Below are positions 1-9,049 of a stretch of DNA of 64,000 nt, in pieces. Position 1 is the first letter of the stretch. Each line of letters begins with the position of its first letter. The notes beneath the pieces were generated by a model. It saw only the letters and a program-made list of their open reading frames with translations. It searched no databases and was not told the DNA's origin. The position numbers and the translations under genes are program-made. The stretch lies in NCBI GenBank assembly GCA_965205265.1, contig CBDBGH010000003.1:736001-800000 (forward strand), given 5' to 3'. The stretch is from Alphaproteobacteria bacterium (GTDB taxonomy: Bacteria > Pseudomonadota > Alphaproteobacteria > Bin95).

Positions 1-2
1 GC

Positions 3-251
3 CAGGGCGACGGGCGCTGCGACAGCGCCTGCGACGACCTCTACGCCAGGCTTGCCCATCGCGAACCGCTCTATGATGATCGTTCGGAACGGGCCGGGGT
101 GAAGTTCGCGGACATGGACCTGATCGGCCTGCCCTGGCAGGTGATCGTCGGCCCGCGCGGCCTCGACAAGGGAAGCGTCGAGCTCAAATGCCGCGCCACC
201 GGCGAGCGCGAGGAGATTTCGCTGGAATCGGCATTGGCGCGGCTGGCCTGA
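3..251 (+). CDS. proS: Proline--tRNA ligase, C-terminal anticodon-binding domain (partial, runs off window start)
   Basis: Hand translation gives [32 protein letters not shown]...[12 protein letters not shown]. The TGA at 249-251 overlaps the lolC ATG; proS-lolC-lolD order is typical of Alphaproteobacteria. Confidence 0.9.
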   Translation, partial: QGDGRCDSACDDLYARLAHREPLYDDRSERAGVKFADMDLIGLPWQVIVGPRGLDKGSVELKCRATGEREEISLESALARLA

Positions 252-1498
252 TGTTCTCGGCATTCGAGCGGACCGTCGCGTTCCGCTATCTGCGCGCGCG
301 GCGGCAGGAAGGGTTCATCTCGCTGACCGCGATCATCTCGCTGATCGGCATTGCGCTCGGCGTGGCGACGCTGATCGTCGTGATGGCTGTCATGAACGGC
401 TTCCGCGCCGAACTGTTCGACCGCGTGCTGGGCCTGAACGGCCATATCGCGGTGATGGCGATAGACCGCGGCCCGCTCGGCGATTTCGACAGGTTGACCG
501 GGCAGGTGCGGTCGGTCGAGGGGGTCACGAGCGCCCATCCGTCCGTGGAAGGGCAGGCGATGATCGTGCGCGAGGGCGTGGCGGCGGGGGCGCTCGCGCG
601 CGGCATCAGGGCCGAAGACTTGCGTTCGCTCGCGATCGTCACGGACAACCTCCGGTCCGGCGCGCTGGATGCATTCGGCGACCCCTCGGGCGTGGTGCTG
701 GGCGACCGGCTGGCCGCCCGGCTCGGGGTCGGGCCCGGCGGGCGCATCTCCATGGTGGCGCCGAAGAGCGCTGCCGGTCCGTTCGGCGCCATCCCCCGAA
801 CCAAGGCGTTCCGCGTGCTCGCGACCTTCCATGTCGGGATGTACGAATACGACAACAGCTACGTCTATATGCCGCTGGAAACGGCGCAGCGCTTCTTCAA
901 GATCGGCGACGGGGTCACCAATATCGAGGTGAAGATCGCCGACCCGGAAAATGTCCGCGATGCCGGCGCGCGCATCCTCGTGGCCACCGACCCCGGCGTG
1001 CAGGTGTTCGACTGGCGCCAGTCCAATGCGAGCTTCGTGAGCGCGCTCGAGGTCGAACGGAACGTGATGTTCCTCATCCTCACGCTCATCATCATGGTGG
1101 CGGCGTTCAACGTCCTTTCCAGCATGATCATGCTGGTGAAGGACAAGGCGCGCGACATCGCCATCCTGCGGGCCATCGGCTCGACGCGCGGCTCGATGAT
1201 GCGCATTTTCTTCCTCACGGGATCGTCCGTCGGCATCATCGGCACTGCCGTCGGCTTCGGTCTCGGCCTTGCCTGCGCGATGAACATCGAGCGTCTGCGC
1301 CGGTGGATCGAGGGCTTCACCGGGACCGACCTGTTCCAGGCGGAAATCTATTTCCTGTCCCGGCTGCCGGCCAAGGTGGACTCGACCGAGGTGGCGGCGG
1401 TGGTGGCGATGAGCCTCCTGCTTTCGTTCCTGGCGCCGCTCTATCCCTGCTGGCGGGCGGCGCGGCAGGACCCGGCGGATGCGCTGCGCTATGAGTAG
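251..1498 (+). CDS. lolC: Lipoprotein-releasing ABC transporter permease LolC/E
   Basis: [24 protein letters not shown]...GIALGVATLIVVMAVMNGF and C-terminal LYPCWRAARQDPADALRYE; ATG coupled to the proS stop. Confidence 0.93.
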   Translation: MFSAFERTVAFRYLRARRQEGFISLTAIISLIGIALGVATLIVVMAVMNGFRAELFDRVLGLNGHIAVMAIDRGPLGDFDRLTGQVRSVEGVTSAHPSVEGQAMIVREGVAAGALARGIRAEDLRSLAIVTDNLRSGALDAFGDPSGVVLGDRLAARLGVGPGGRISMVAPKSAAGPFGAIPRTKAFRVLATFHVGMYEYDNSYVYMPLETAQRFFKIGDGVTNIEVKIADPENVRDAGARILVATDPGVQVFDWRQSNASFVSALEVERNVMFLILTLIIMVAAFNVLSSMIMLVKDKARDIAILRAIGSTRGSMMRIFFLTGSSVGIIGTAVGFGLGLACAMNIERLRRWIEGFTGTDLFQAEIYFLSRLPAKVDSTEVAAVVAMSLLLSFLAPLYPCWRAARQDPADALRYE

Positions 1499-2180
1499 GG
1501 CGGCGCTGGAGCTCGAAGGCGTGCAGCGCACCTTCGCGCAGGGCGACACGAGGCTGCCGGTGCTGCGGCGGATCGACCTCGCGGTGAGCGAAGGCGAAAC
1601 CGTGGCACTGATCGGGCCGTCGGGCTCGGGCAAGACGACCTTGCTCCAGATCGCGGGCCTGCTGGACCGCCCGGACGCCGGCGAGGTCCGGATTTCCGGC
1701 GAGAGCGCCTCCGGCCTCAGCGACAGGAGGCTGAGCGCCATGCGGGCGCGGCATCTCGGCTTCGTCTTCCAGTTCCACCAGTTGCTGCCGGAGTTCTCGG
1801 CGCGCGAGAACCTCGTGATCCCGCAGCTCGTTACCGGGCGGTCGAAGCGCGAAGCGCGCAGGCGCGCGGACGCGCTGCTCGCTATGGTCGGGCTCACGAA
1901 CCGGGCGGCCCACCGTCCGGCGCGGCTTTCCGGCGGCGAGCAGCAGCGCGTCGCGATCGCGCGGGCGACGGCCAATGCGCCCCGCCTGCTGCTGGCCGAC
2001 GAGCCGACCGGCAATCTCGACGAGGCCAATGGGCGCCTCGTCATCCGGACCTTTCTGGAACTCGCTCACGAGGCCGGCGTCGCCGCCCTGGTCGCGACCC
2101 ACAATATCGACCTGGCCCGCCAGCTGGACCGCATTGTCCGGCTGGAGGACGGCGTGCTGCAGGAGCACTCAGCCGACTAG
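1491..2180 (+). CDS. lolD: Lipoprotein-releasing ABC transporter ATP-binding protein LolD
   Basis: Walker A GPSGSGKTT, GFVFQFHQLLPEF, LSGGEQQRVAIARA, LADEPTGNLD; overlaps the lolC end. Confidence 0.92.
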   Translation: MSRAALELEGVQRTFAQGDTRLPVLRRIDLAVSEGETVALIGPSGSGKTTLLQIAGLLDRPDAGEVRISGESASGLSDRRLSAMRARHLGFVFQFHQLLPEFSARENLVIPQLVTGRSKREARRRADALLAMVGLTNRAAHRPARLSGGEQQRVAIARATANAPRLLLADEPTGNLDEANGRLVIRTFLELAHEAGVAALVATHNIDLARQLDRIVRLEDGVLQEHSAD

Positions 2181-3005
2181 CGTGCGGTGCATGACCCGCT
2201 CCCGGGCGGGGTCGTAATCGTGGCGGACCATGTGCAGCGCCTGGGCATTGTCCCAGATCAGCACGTCGCCCGCGCGCCAGCGGTGGCGGTAAACGAAACG
2301 GTCCTGCTCGCAATGGGCCACCAGCCGCTCCATCAGCGCCTGCGAGGCGGCGGCGCCCATGCCCTCGAAGCGCTCGATGCGGATGGGGTTGAAATAGAGC
2401 GCCTTGCGCCCGCTAACCGGATGGGGCCGCACCAGCGGGTGGCGGGCGCTCGGCGCTTCCCGCTCCTCCTCCGGCGTCATCGTCGCCATGCGGCGCGGCG
2501 CATAGCGGCTGTTGTAGATGTGGAGGCCGACCAGCGGGTCCACCTCGCGCCGCGTCTCCTCGTCCAGCGCCTCATAGGCGGCGCGCTGGTTGGTGAAGCT
2601 CGTGTCGCCGCCTTCGCCGGGCAGGCGGATGGCGCGCAGCACCGTGCCCCGGGGCGGGTCGGGCAGGTGGGAATGGTCCGTGTGCCAAGTGCCGCCGACA
2701 TTCAGCGGCTTGTTGTCCCCGAGCGAATCGCGGTGCCGGCTGGAGAGCAGCCGGATGAAGGGGAAGCCCTCGACGCGGTATTCCGGGCGCTGCACCGGCT
2801 GCGGCACGCTCTCGCCGAACAGGCCGGCAAGCTGCATGAAGCCCGCTTCGTCGATCTTCATGCCGCGGAACACCAGCACCACCCTGTCGGTCCAGGCATC
2901 CTGCAGGCGCTGCCGGGCCGCGTCGCCGGCGCCGTCGCGCTCCAGCTCGAACCCCAGCACCTCGGCGCCGGTCGCTCCCGGCAGCGGGCGTATCTCGAAG
3001 GACAT
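2169..3005 (-). CDS. TauD/TfdA family 2-oxoglutarate/Fe(II) dioxygenase
   Basis: WHTDHS (HxD), GGDTSF, HPLVRPHPVSGRKALY, YRHRWRAGDVLIWDN..LH, RVMHRT. Confidence 0.9.
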   Translation of the reverse strand: MSFEIRPLPGATGAEVLGFELERDGAGDAARQRLQDAWTDRVVLVFRGMKIDEAGFMQLAGLFGESVPQPVQRPEYRVEGFPFIRLLSSRHRDSLGDNKPLNVGGTWHTDHSHLPDPPRGTVLRAIRLPGEGGDTSFTNQRAAYEALDEETRREVDPLVGLHIYNSRYAPRRMATMTPEEEREAPSARHPLVRPHPVSGRKALYFNPIRIERFEGMGAAASQALMERLVAHCEQDRFVYRHRWRAGDVLIWDNAQALHMVRHDYDPARERVMHRTLVG

Positions 3006-3028
3006 GACAGCCGGCCTCCCTCTCCCGG

Positions 3029-3817
3029 TCAGGCGCCGCGGATGTTCGGCGTGCGCCGTTCCCGCCAGGCGCTGTGGGCCTCTTCCTTGTCTTCCGTCAA
3101 TTCCAGCGTCATGAACCGGTAAACGTCAACGAGGGCGGCATCCTTCAGGTTCGGGATGTCCAGGCCCCGGTTGAGCGATTCCTTGGTGAGCCGGACGGCG
3201 AGCGGCGGCAGCGACGCGACATGCCGGGCCACCTCCATCGATTTGTCCATCAGCTCGTCATGCGGGACCAGCCACTGTGCGAGGCCGATGCGGTGCGCCT
3301 CCCCGCCGCCCAGCGGGAAGCCCATGGCGAGGCGCATGGCGAGGCCCTTGCCGACGAGCCGCGCCAGGCGCACGGAGCCGCCATAGGCCGGCAGGATGCC
3401 GAGCGCGGTCTGCGGCAGCCGCCATTCCGCCCGGTCGCTCGCCACGACGAGGTCGCAGCAGAAGGTCAGGATGCAGCCGATCCCGATCGCGTAACCGTTG
3501 ACGGCCGCGACGATCGGCTTCGGGAAATCCATGAAGATGTCGAAGGGAAAGCGGTTCCATTTCGACAGGCCCTTGACGAATTCCGCGACCGGCGGCATCG
3601 CGTGGGTGTTGGGGTCTTTCAGGTTGGCCCCGGCCGAGAAGGCGCGCCCGTCCTCGTCGCCCGTCACCACCACCGCGCGCACGCTGTCGTCGTCCGCCCA
3701 GCGGGGAAAGCACGCGGCAATGCCGTCATAGAAGTCCTGTCCCCAGGCGTTGCGGGCCTCCGGACGGCTGAGCGTCGCTACCGCGACATGGCCGTGCTGT
3801 TCGACGATAAAGGGCAT
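3029..3817 (-). CDS. Enoyl-CoA hydratase/isomerase (crotonase) family protein
   Basis: LSRPEARNA, AFSAGANL, PKPIVAAVNGYAIGIG, LGILPAYGG. Confidence 0.9.
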   Translation of the reverse strand: MPFIVEQHGHVAVATLSRPEARNAWGQDFYDGIAACFPRWADDDSVRAVVVTGDEDGRAFSAGANLKDPNTHAMPPVAEFVKGLSKWNRFPFDIFMDFPKPIVAAVNGYAIGIGCILTFCCDLVVASDRAEWRLPQTALGILPAYGGSVRLARLVGKGLAMRLAMGFPLGGGEAHRIGLAQWLVPHDELMDKSMEVARHVASLPPLAVRLTKESLNRGLDIPNLKDAALVDVYRFMTLELTEDKEEAHSAWRERRTPNIRGA

Positions 3818-3901
3818 GCGGGTCGTCTCCTCGGGGCCTGCCGGCCGGGGCGCCGGCGCCCGGTTTCATGCTACGGGGCGGCCGGCGCGGCGGCAATGCG
3901 C

Positions 3902-3934
3902 TTGACATTCCTCCCATAAGTTCTATATATGTTC
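3902..3934 (+). promoter_or_regulatory. Sigma70-like promoter overlapped by an alphaproteobacterial LexA (SOS) box
   Basis: TTGACA at 3902-3907 with a TATATAT -10 region at 3924-3930; perfect GTTC-N7-GTTC (GTTC TATATAT GTTC) at 3920-3934. Confidence 0.72.
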
Positions 3935-4161
3935 CATTCTTATCCCTGACGGAGCGAAGGGGTCATGATCTGGATCTGACAGGGCGGCGCAGCCGCGCAA
4001 GCCGCTTTTCCGGGATTTCCGCCGTGAACCTGCCGCTCTGTGGCGGCAAGAGGGGAGGCGCGCCCGGCGGTGTGTTGTGGAGTTCCGCCTGGGCCGCCGA
4101 AGGGCCGGGGAATCGGGTTCGGGTTGGGACGTTCACGGAGGCCGCGCGGACACGGCGGATT

Positions 4162-4343
4162 TAAGGTGGAATCCGACCGTTATGAAACGGTGTGTGGCGG
4201 CCCTTCGATACGCGCCCGCTGGCGCGGGCGCTACTCAGGGTAAGGGTAGGGTGAAGGTAGAGTTCCGGGACTTCCCTCATCCCGAGTAGCCGCGAAGCGG
4301 CGTATCGAGGGACGTCATTTCATTTTGAACGGATACCGCACTA
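4162..4343. mobile_element. Degenerate MITE-like element with TA-bounded terminal inverted repeats enclosing a REP doublet
   Basis: 4162-4189 TAAGGTGGAATCCGACCGTTATGAAACG against the reverse complement of 4316-4343 TAGTGCGGTATCCGTTCAAAATGAAATG: 18/28 identical by hand count. Confidence 0.4.
4201..4311. repeat. Inverted pair of REP-like palindromes (CCTTCGATACG...GCTACTCAGGGT / CCTCATCCCGAGTAGC...CGTATCGAGGG)
   Basis: The two halves are reverse-complement related and each has an internal hairpin; resembles common alphaproteobacterial intergenic repeats. Confidence 0.75.
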
Positions 4344-4387
4344 GTGAGAGCCGCGTTGGCGCGGCGGCGGAAGGAGGAAGAACGAAG

Positions 4388-4828
4388 ATGGATGGATCGA
4401 AGAACGGGCCGGCGGGCGCGCTGCGGCGGCCGGGACGGGGCCGCCCGGTCGGCGAGGAGCTGCGGAGCAGGGCGGTGGCGGCAGTGGTGGAGGAGGGCAT
4501 GAGCGCGTCGGCCGCGGCCCGGCGGTTCGGGACGGCGACGTCCAGCGTCTGCCGCTGGGTGCAGCGCTTCCGCGAGCAGGGCCATGTGCGGCGCGAGCGC
4601 ATGGGCGGCAGCATCTCGCGGATCGAGCCGGAGAGCGAGCGCATTTTCCGCATTCTGGAGGCGCGCCCGGCGATTTCCATGTACGAACTGCGCGACGCGC
4701 TCGCCGCCGAGGGGCTGGTCTTCCACCCGGCCACGGTGCAGAACTTTCTGAAGCGCCACGGCCTGGAGCGCGCCCGCCGCCTCGCCCGCCCCCGGCGGAA
4801 GCAGCGGAAGCGGTGGACCGAACGGTAG
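4388..4828 (+). CDS. Stand-alone IS630-family transposase N-terminal HTH protein (no DDE domain follows)
   Basis: ELRSRAVAAVVEEGMSASAAARRFG..SSVCRWVQRFREQG...MGG...ISMYELRDALAAEG....ATVQNFLKRHGL matches the IS630 OrfA pattern; GGAGG RBS upstream. Confidence 0.72.
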   Translation: MDGSKNGPAGALRRPGRGRPVGEELRSRAVAAVVEEGMSASAAARRFGTATSSVCRWVQRFREQGHVRRERMGGSISRIEPESERIFRILEARPAISMYELRDALAAEGLVFHPATVQNFLKRHGLERARRLARPRRKQRKRWTER

Positions 4829-4865
4829 GGCCGCAGCCCGCGCTTCTCCCTCCTGCCCCTCTAAC

Positions 4866-4977
4866 TCCCCTCCCGCCCGGCGGAAGGGGCCGGGTGGGGG
4901 CCTCGCGGCTTGAGCAGACGGCGGCCTGGCGGTCGGCCCCCTTACCCATCCTCTCCCCCGCAAGCGGGGAGAGGGGA
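4866..4977. repeat. REP-like palindromic doublet (CCCCTCCCGCCCGGCGGAAGGGG...CCTCTCCCCCGCAAGCGGGGAGAGGGG)
   Basis: Two GC hairpins in inverted arrangement, typical of alphaproteobacterial intergenic repeats. Confidence 0.7.
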
Positions 4978-5029
4978 TTTGCGTCGGAATGTCCGGCATG
5001 GCAGAGTCCGCCGGCAACCGGAGACCGGC

Positions 5030-5275
5030 ATGGCCACAGTTTTCGACACGCTCACCGCGGCCCGCGAACTCGAAGACGCGGGATTGAAACGCGAACATGC
5101 GGAAGCCGTCGCAAAGGTTGCGGGCGAAGCTGCCGAGGCCGGCCGTAATGAGTTGGCGACCAAGGCGGACCTTTACCAGGCGCTCTACAAGTTTGCGGTC
5201 GGAATTGTGATTGCAAATGCCGGCGTCGCCATCGCAATCGTCTTCGCCTTGTCGAAAGTGCTGGCCGCGGAATAG
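5030..5275 (+). CDS. CCDC90/DUF1640-like small tail-anchored protein (81 aa)
   Basis: FDTL.AAR.LEDAG....HAEA head, ATKADL neck, C-terminal hydrophobic helix; paralogs at 9926 and 48165. Confidence 0.75.
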   Translation: MATVFDTLTAARELEDAGLKREHAEAVAKVAGEAAEAGRNELATKADLYQALYKFAVGIVIANAGVAIAIVFALSKVLAAE

Positions 5276-5474
5276 GGGCATCCGCCCACGCCTCCGCCGC
5301 TTCCGCCGGACGGCCGCAATGGGTTACCTGGAACAAGTCCGGGTACGGCGGAGGGGGGCTGCGGCGCGAGGCCCCGCTCGGGGGCCGGGGCGACGGTACA
5401 GAGCCGTCGCTATGGGTTCGGATTAATGACCGCTGACATTATTTCCGGAATTGCGAACAAGCGTCGAGCATCGG

Positions 5475-5678
5475 TCACGATCCGCGAAGCGCGCCGCCTG
5501 CGTTTGCAGCCTTCGCCCGTTCGAAATGGCGCAGCGCGGTTTCGAACTTGTCGCGGCAGCCGGGGTTGCAGAAGCCGACGACGCGGCCGTCGAATTCGAT
5601 GAGCGAGTCGGCCTGCACCGGCTTGCCGGACCAGGGGCAGGTTTCGTTGACGCAGTCGGAAATATCGAGAGCGCGCAT
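5475..5678 (-). CDS. Small YHS/TRASH-like cysteine protein
   Basis: NETCPWSGKPV...FDGRVVGFCNPGCRDKF; AGGAGG RBS upstream. Confidence 0.75.
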   Translation of the reverse strand: MRALDISDCVNETCPWSGKPVQADSLIEFDGRVVGFCNPGCRDKFETALRHFERAKAANAGGALRGS

Positions 5679-5705
5679 GCCGGGCTCCTCCTTTGTTGAG
5701 ACGGT

Positions 5706-6623
5706 TCAGCCGTCCGGCATTTCCCGGAGCAGGGCCCTGACGACGCGGGCGGCGTTGCCGGCCGCGAGGCGGAAGAACACTTCCAGCCTGTTCGCCTGCC
5801 CGCTGCCGCCGGCAAGGTCCGACAGGCTGCGGATGGCGATGAAGGGCACGTCGTTCGCCCACGCGACATGGGCGACGGCCGCGCTCTCCATGTCGAGCAC
5901 GCGCGCGCCGAAGGTGCGGAAGGCGTAGTCGCGGAACGCCGCATTGTCGATGAAGGCGCCGCCCGATACGCCCGAGCCGCCGATCACGATCTTCGGGGCC
6001 TGCGGCAGGCATTCGTCCTCCCCGGCGCAGCGTTCGAGCTCGACGCCCGCCGCCGCCTGCCTGGCCCGGGCGAGCATCGTTTCGTCCACCGGGAACCAGA
6101 AGCGCGTTTCGGGCCCGGCCGCGCCGGCGCGGGCCACGGCGACGGACCGCGGGAACATCATGCCGAAATTGGCATAGGGGTATTCGAAGAAGGGCGGTTT
6201 CTCCCAGCCCTCCCCGGCCTGCCGCGCAAAGACGGCTTCGAGATACTGCCCCCAGCGCCCGGCGACGACGACATCGCCTATGTCGAGGGCCGGATCGACG
6301 CCGCCGGCGATGCCGGAAAAGACGATCCGGTCGATGGGGAAGCGGTCCAGCGCAAGCTGCACGGTCATGGCCGCATTGACCATGCTGATGCCGCTGAGGA
6401 AGAGCACGACCTTGCGGCCTTCGAGCCGGCCCGTGACGAACTCCACGCCGTTCACGGACTGCGAGGCGGCGTCCTCAAGCTCCGCCCGCAACACGGCCAT
6501 CTCCGGCGGGAAGGCCGAAACGACGGCCGTCAGCCCGGTTTCGCCGCCGGCCGGATGCGCGGCCGCCGACCAGAGCCCGGCAGCCAGAACCAGGGCGAAC
6601 GCCCCCAGCTTGCGCAGCAGCAG
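5706..6623 (-). CDS. 5'-methylthioadenosine/SAH nucleosidase-like protein with signal peptide (start uncertain)
   Basis: VVSAFPPE, LSGISMVNAA, FSGIAGGVDP, LDMESAAVAHVA, IRSLSDLAGG; hydrophobic signal RKLGAFALVLAAGLWSAAAH; no clear ATG nearby. Confidence 0.8.
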   Translation of the reverse strand: MLLRKLGAFALVLAAGLWSAAAHPAGGETGLTAVVSAFPPEMAVLRAELEDAASQSVNGVEFVTGRLEGRKVVLFLSGISMVNAAMTVQLALDRFPIDRIVFSGIAGGVDPALDIGDVVVAGRWGQYLEAVFARQAGEGWEKPPFFEYPYANFGMMFPRSVAVARAGAAGPETRFWFPVDETMLARARQAAAGVELERCAGEDECLPQAPKIVIGGSGVSGGAFIDNAAFRDYAFRTFGARVLDMESAAVAHVAWANDVPFIAIRSLSDLAGGSGQANRLEVFFRLAAGNAARVVRALLREMPDG

Positions 6624-6758
6624 TGACGCGCTTGCGGTCCGTTCGTCGCCCCGAAGTCCGCCGGTCGCCGTCCGCGAGCCTGGCGCATGCGCACATGTCG
6701 TTCGGACTTGCGTCCGCTGCACCCACCGGACGAGCCGCACCGGACTCCACGCCCCTTT

Positions 6759-6898
6759 CGTCACCCCGGCCTTGAGCCGGGGTCCATCCATGACTCGCGA
6801 TGTCGCCGCAGCCGGCGGAAAGAAGGCGGAGCCGCTGAGGCCGCCGCCAGAGCCGGAGCTGGACCCCGGATCTCCGCTTCGCTCCGTCCGGGGTGACG
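6759..6898. repeat. REP/RPE-like palindromic doublet (CGTCACCCCGG...CCGGGGTCCA / TGGACCCCGG...CCGGGGTGACG)
   Basis: Terminal arms are reverse complements and each forms its own hairpin. Confidence 0.78.
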
Positions 6899-7012
6899 GA
6901 TAGGGAGCAGGCAATGCGAAACCACCGCAGACAGGCGGGTGTGTCCAGCAGGCCCCGGGGCCGCGGTGACGGCTGCGTTTCGACTTGCGGCGCAACACGA
7001 CCGGTCTCGGCG

Positions 7013-7744
7013 CTAACCGGCCGCGGCCACCATGAGGCGGCCCTCGACGCCGTGGCGGGCGATCAGGCTGGCGACCAGGCCGCTCGTCTTGGCCTCCTCC
7101 ACGAACTCGGCGACGAAGGCGGCGGCGGATTCGGGCCGCGAGCGCGGCACGCCGATGGCCTGCTGCACGGCGGAGAACCGGCCGTCCAGTATGCGCGCGC
7201 CGGGCAGCTTCTCGACATCGCCGATCAGCCCCGGACGCAGGCCGGCAAGCGCGTCCAGGCCTTCGTCCACGAACAGCTGGAAGGCCGCGCCGAGGCCCTG
7301 CGCCAGCACCAGCTCAGCATGCTCGATGTTGCGCGAGAGCCAGAGCTCGTAGGCGCTGCGGGCCGAAACCGCGATGCGGATTCCGGGCCGGTCCACCTCC
7401 GCGACCGACCGGATCGGCGAGCCCGGCGGCACCATGTAGGTCGCCTCGATTTCGGAATAGGCAAGCGTGAAGGCGATCTTCTCCGCCCGCTGCGGCTCGG
7501 CGCCGATGTTCCCGATATCCCAGACATCGTCCGCGGCCGCGTCCGCCAGCTCGCCGGGGGTGGGGAAGGGCACCATCTTCACCGGCACGCCCAGCCGCTC
7601 AGCCAGCGCGCGCGCCATGTCGGGCGAGACGCCGTCCGGGTCGCCGGACTCCGTGCGGCCGGTGACGAGCAGGAAATTCGACATGTTGATGCCGGCGCGC
7701 AGCACGCCGGTCGGGGCAAGCTGTTCGGCGATGTTTTCTGGCAT
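7013..7744 (-). CDS. Amino-acid-type (family 3) solute-binding protein-like, no signal peptide visible
   Basis: LAPTGVLRAGINMSN, GVSPDMARALAERLGVP, VDRPGIRIAV..SAYELWLSR, LAGLRPGL. Confidence 0.8.
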   Translation of the reverse strand: MPENIAEQLAPTGVLRAGINMSNFLLVTGRTESGDPDGVSPDMARALAERLGVPVKMVPFPTPGELADAAADDVWDIGNIGAEPQRAEKIAFTLAYSEIEATYMVPPGSPIRSVAEVDRPGIRIAVSARSAYELWLSRNIEHAELVLAQGLGAAFQLFVDEGLDALAGLRPGLIGDVEKLPGARILDGRFSAVQQAIGVPRSRPESAAAFVAEFVEEAKTSGLVASLIARHGVEGRLMVAAAG

Positions 7745-7796
7745 GGGGTGCGGGGTTCCTTCGTGTCTTCGGTTCCGGTTCGGGGGCGGCGGCCGG

Positions 7797-9020
7797 TCAG
7801 ACGGCGCCCTTGTCGCGCAGCGCCGCCACCTCGCCGCCGGAGAGGCCGAGCCAGTCCGACAGCACCTCGTCGGTGTGCTGGCCGAGCGTGGGCGAGCATT
7901 CGACCGGCACGTCGTTGCCGGACATCTTCACCGGCCAGCCCGGCATCAGGAAATCGCCGCGCTCGGGATGCTTCACGGTCTGGAAGATACCGCGCGCGCG
8001 CATGTCCTCGCTGTCGGAAAGCTCCTTGGAATCGAACACAGCACCCACCGGCACGCCGGCCGCTCCGATGGCCTCCATCGCCTCTTCCTTGCTGCGCTGC
8101 GAGGTCCAGGCGGTGATGGCCTCGTCGAGGTCCTTCTGGTTGGCGGAGCGCGCGGGCGCGGTGGCGAAGCGGGGGTCGTCCTTCAGCTCCGGCCTGCCGA
8201 TCACCTCGCAAAGCCGCTCCCAGTGGAGGTTCGAGGCCCGCGTCGTGTAGATATAGACATAGTCGTTAGGCCCGCCCGGCGCGCAGAGGAAGACGTCCGA
8301 AGGCGCGCTGCCGGCCATGATGACCTCGTTGCCGCGCCGGGGGGCGGCCTCGCCGGTCGTCGCCTGCACGGCGTAGGCGAGCCGGCAGTAGTTTATCATC
8401 GCGTCCTGCATCGCGACCTCGATATGCTGGCCCTTGCCGGTGCGCCCGCGCTGGTAGAGCGCGCCCAGGATGGAGATCGCCATGTGCAGGCCGGTGCCGG
8501 TGTCGCCGATGGTGGGGCCGGGATTGATCGGCCGCCCGTCCGGGTCGCCGGTGATCGCCATGACGCCGCCGACCGCCTTGCCGATCATGTCGAAGGACAG
8601 GAACTTCTCGTAGGGCCCGCCGCGCGCGAAGCCCTTGACCTGGGCGTAGATGATGCGCGGGTTGATCTCCTTCGCGACATCGTAGCCGAGGCCGAGGCGC
8701 TCGATCGCGCCCGGGGCGAAATTCTCGATCATCACGTCGGCCTCGGCGATCATGGCCTTCACCGTCTCCAGCCCTTCCGGGCTCTTCAGGTTGACGGTGA
8801 CGCTCTTCTTGTTCGCGTTCAGCAGCATGAAATAGTAGCTGTCCACGCCCGGCCGGTCGGTGGAGGCGAAGCGGCCCTGCTCGCCGGAGCCGGGCCGCTC
8901 GACCTTGACCACGTCGGCGCCGAGCCAGGCCAGCGCCTCGGTGCAGGACGGGCCGGCTTCGAATTGCGTCAGGTCGAGCACGCGGACGCCCGCAAGGGCG
9001 CGGTTGCTGTCGTCGGTCAT
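7797..9020 (-). CDS. Family III CoA-transferase, formyl-CoA transferase-like
   Basis: LAGVRVLDLTQFEAGPSCTEALAWLGADVVKVE, YFMLLNANKKS, ENFAPG, IGDTGTG with the catalytic Asp. Confidence 0.88.
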   Translation of the reverse strand: MTDDSNRALAGVRVLDLTQFEAGPSCTEALAWLGADVVKVERPGSGEQGRFASTDRPGVDSYYFMLLNANKKSVTVNLKSPEGLETVKAMIAEADVMIENFAPGAIERLGLGYDVAKEINPRIIYAQVKGFARGGPYEKFLSFDMIGKAVGGVMAITGDPDGRPINPGPTIGDTGTGLHMAISILGALYQRGRTGKGQHIEVAMQDAMINYCRLAYAVQATTGEAAPRRGNEVIMAGSAPSDVFLCAPGGPNDYVYIYTTRASNLHWERLCEVIGRPELKDDPRFATAPARSANQKDLDEAITAWTSQRSKEEAMEAIGAAGVPVGAVFDSKELSDSEDMRARGIFQTVKHPERGDFLMPGWPVKMSGNDVPVECSPTLGQHTDEVLSDWLGLSGGEVAALRDKGAV

Positions 9021-9049
9021 GGTCGTTCGCTCGCTGGTCGGTCGTTCGG

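Noticed and set aside
4388-4828. Complete IS630 element
   Set aside because: No DDE catalytic ORF follows and no TIR pair encloses the gene.
6624-6998. Long N-terminal extension of the nucleosidase ORF
   Set aside because: It reads through a REP palindrome (MDGPRLKAGVT is repeat translation) and precedes a signal peptide.
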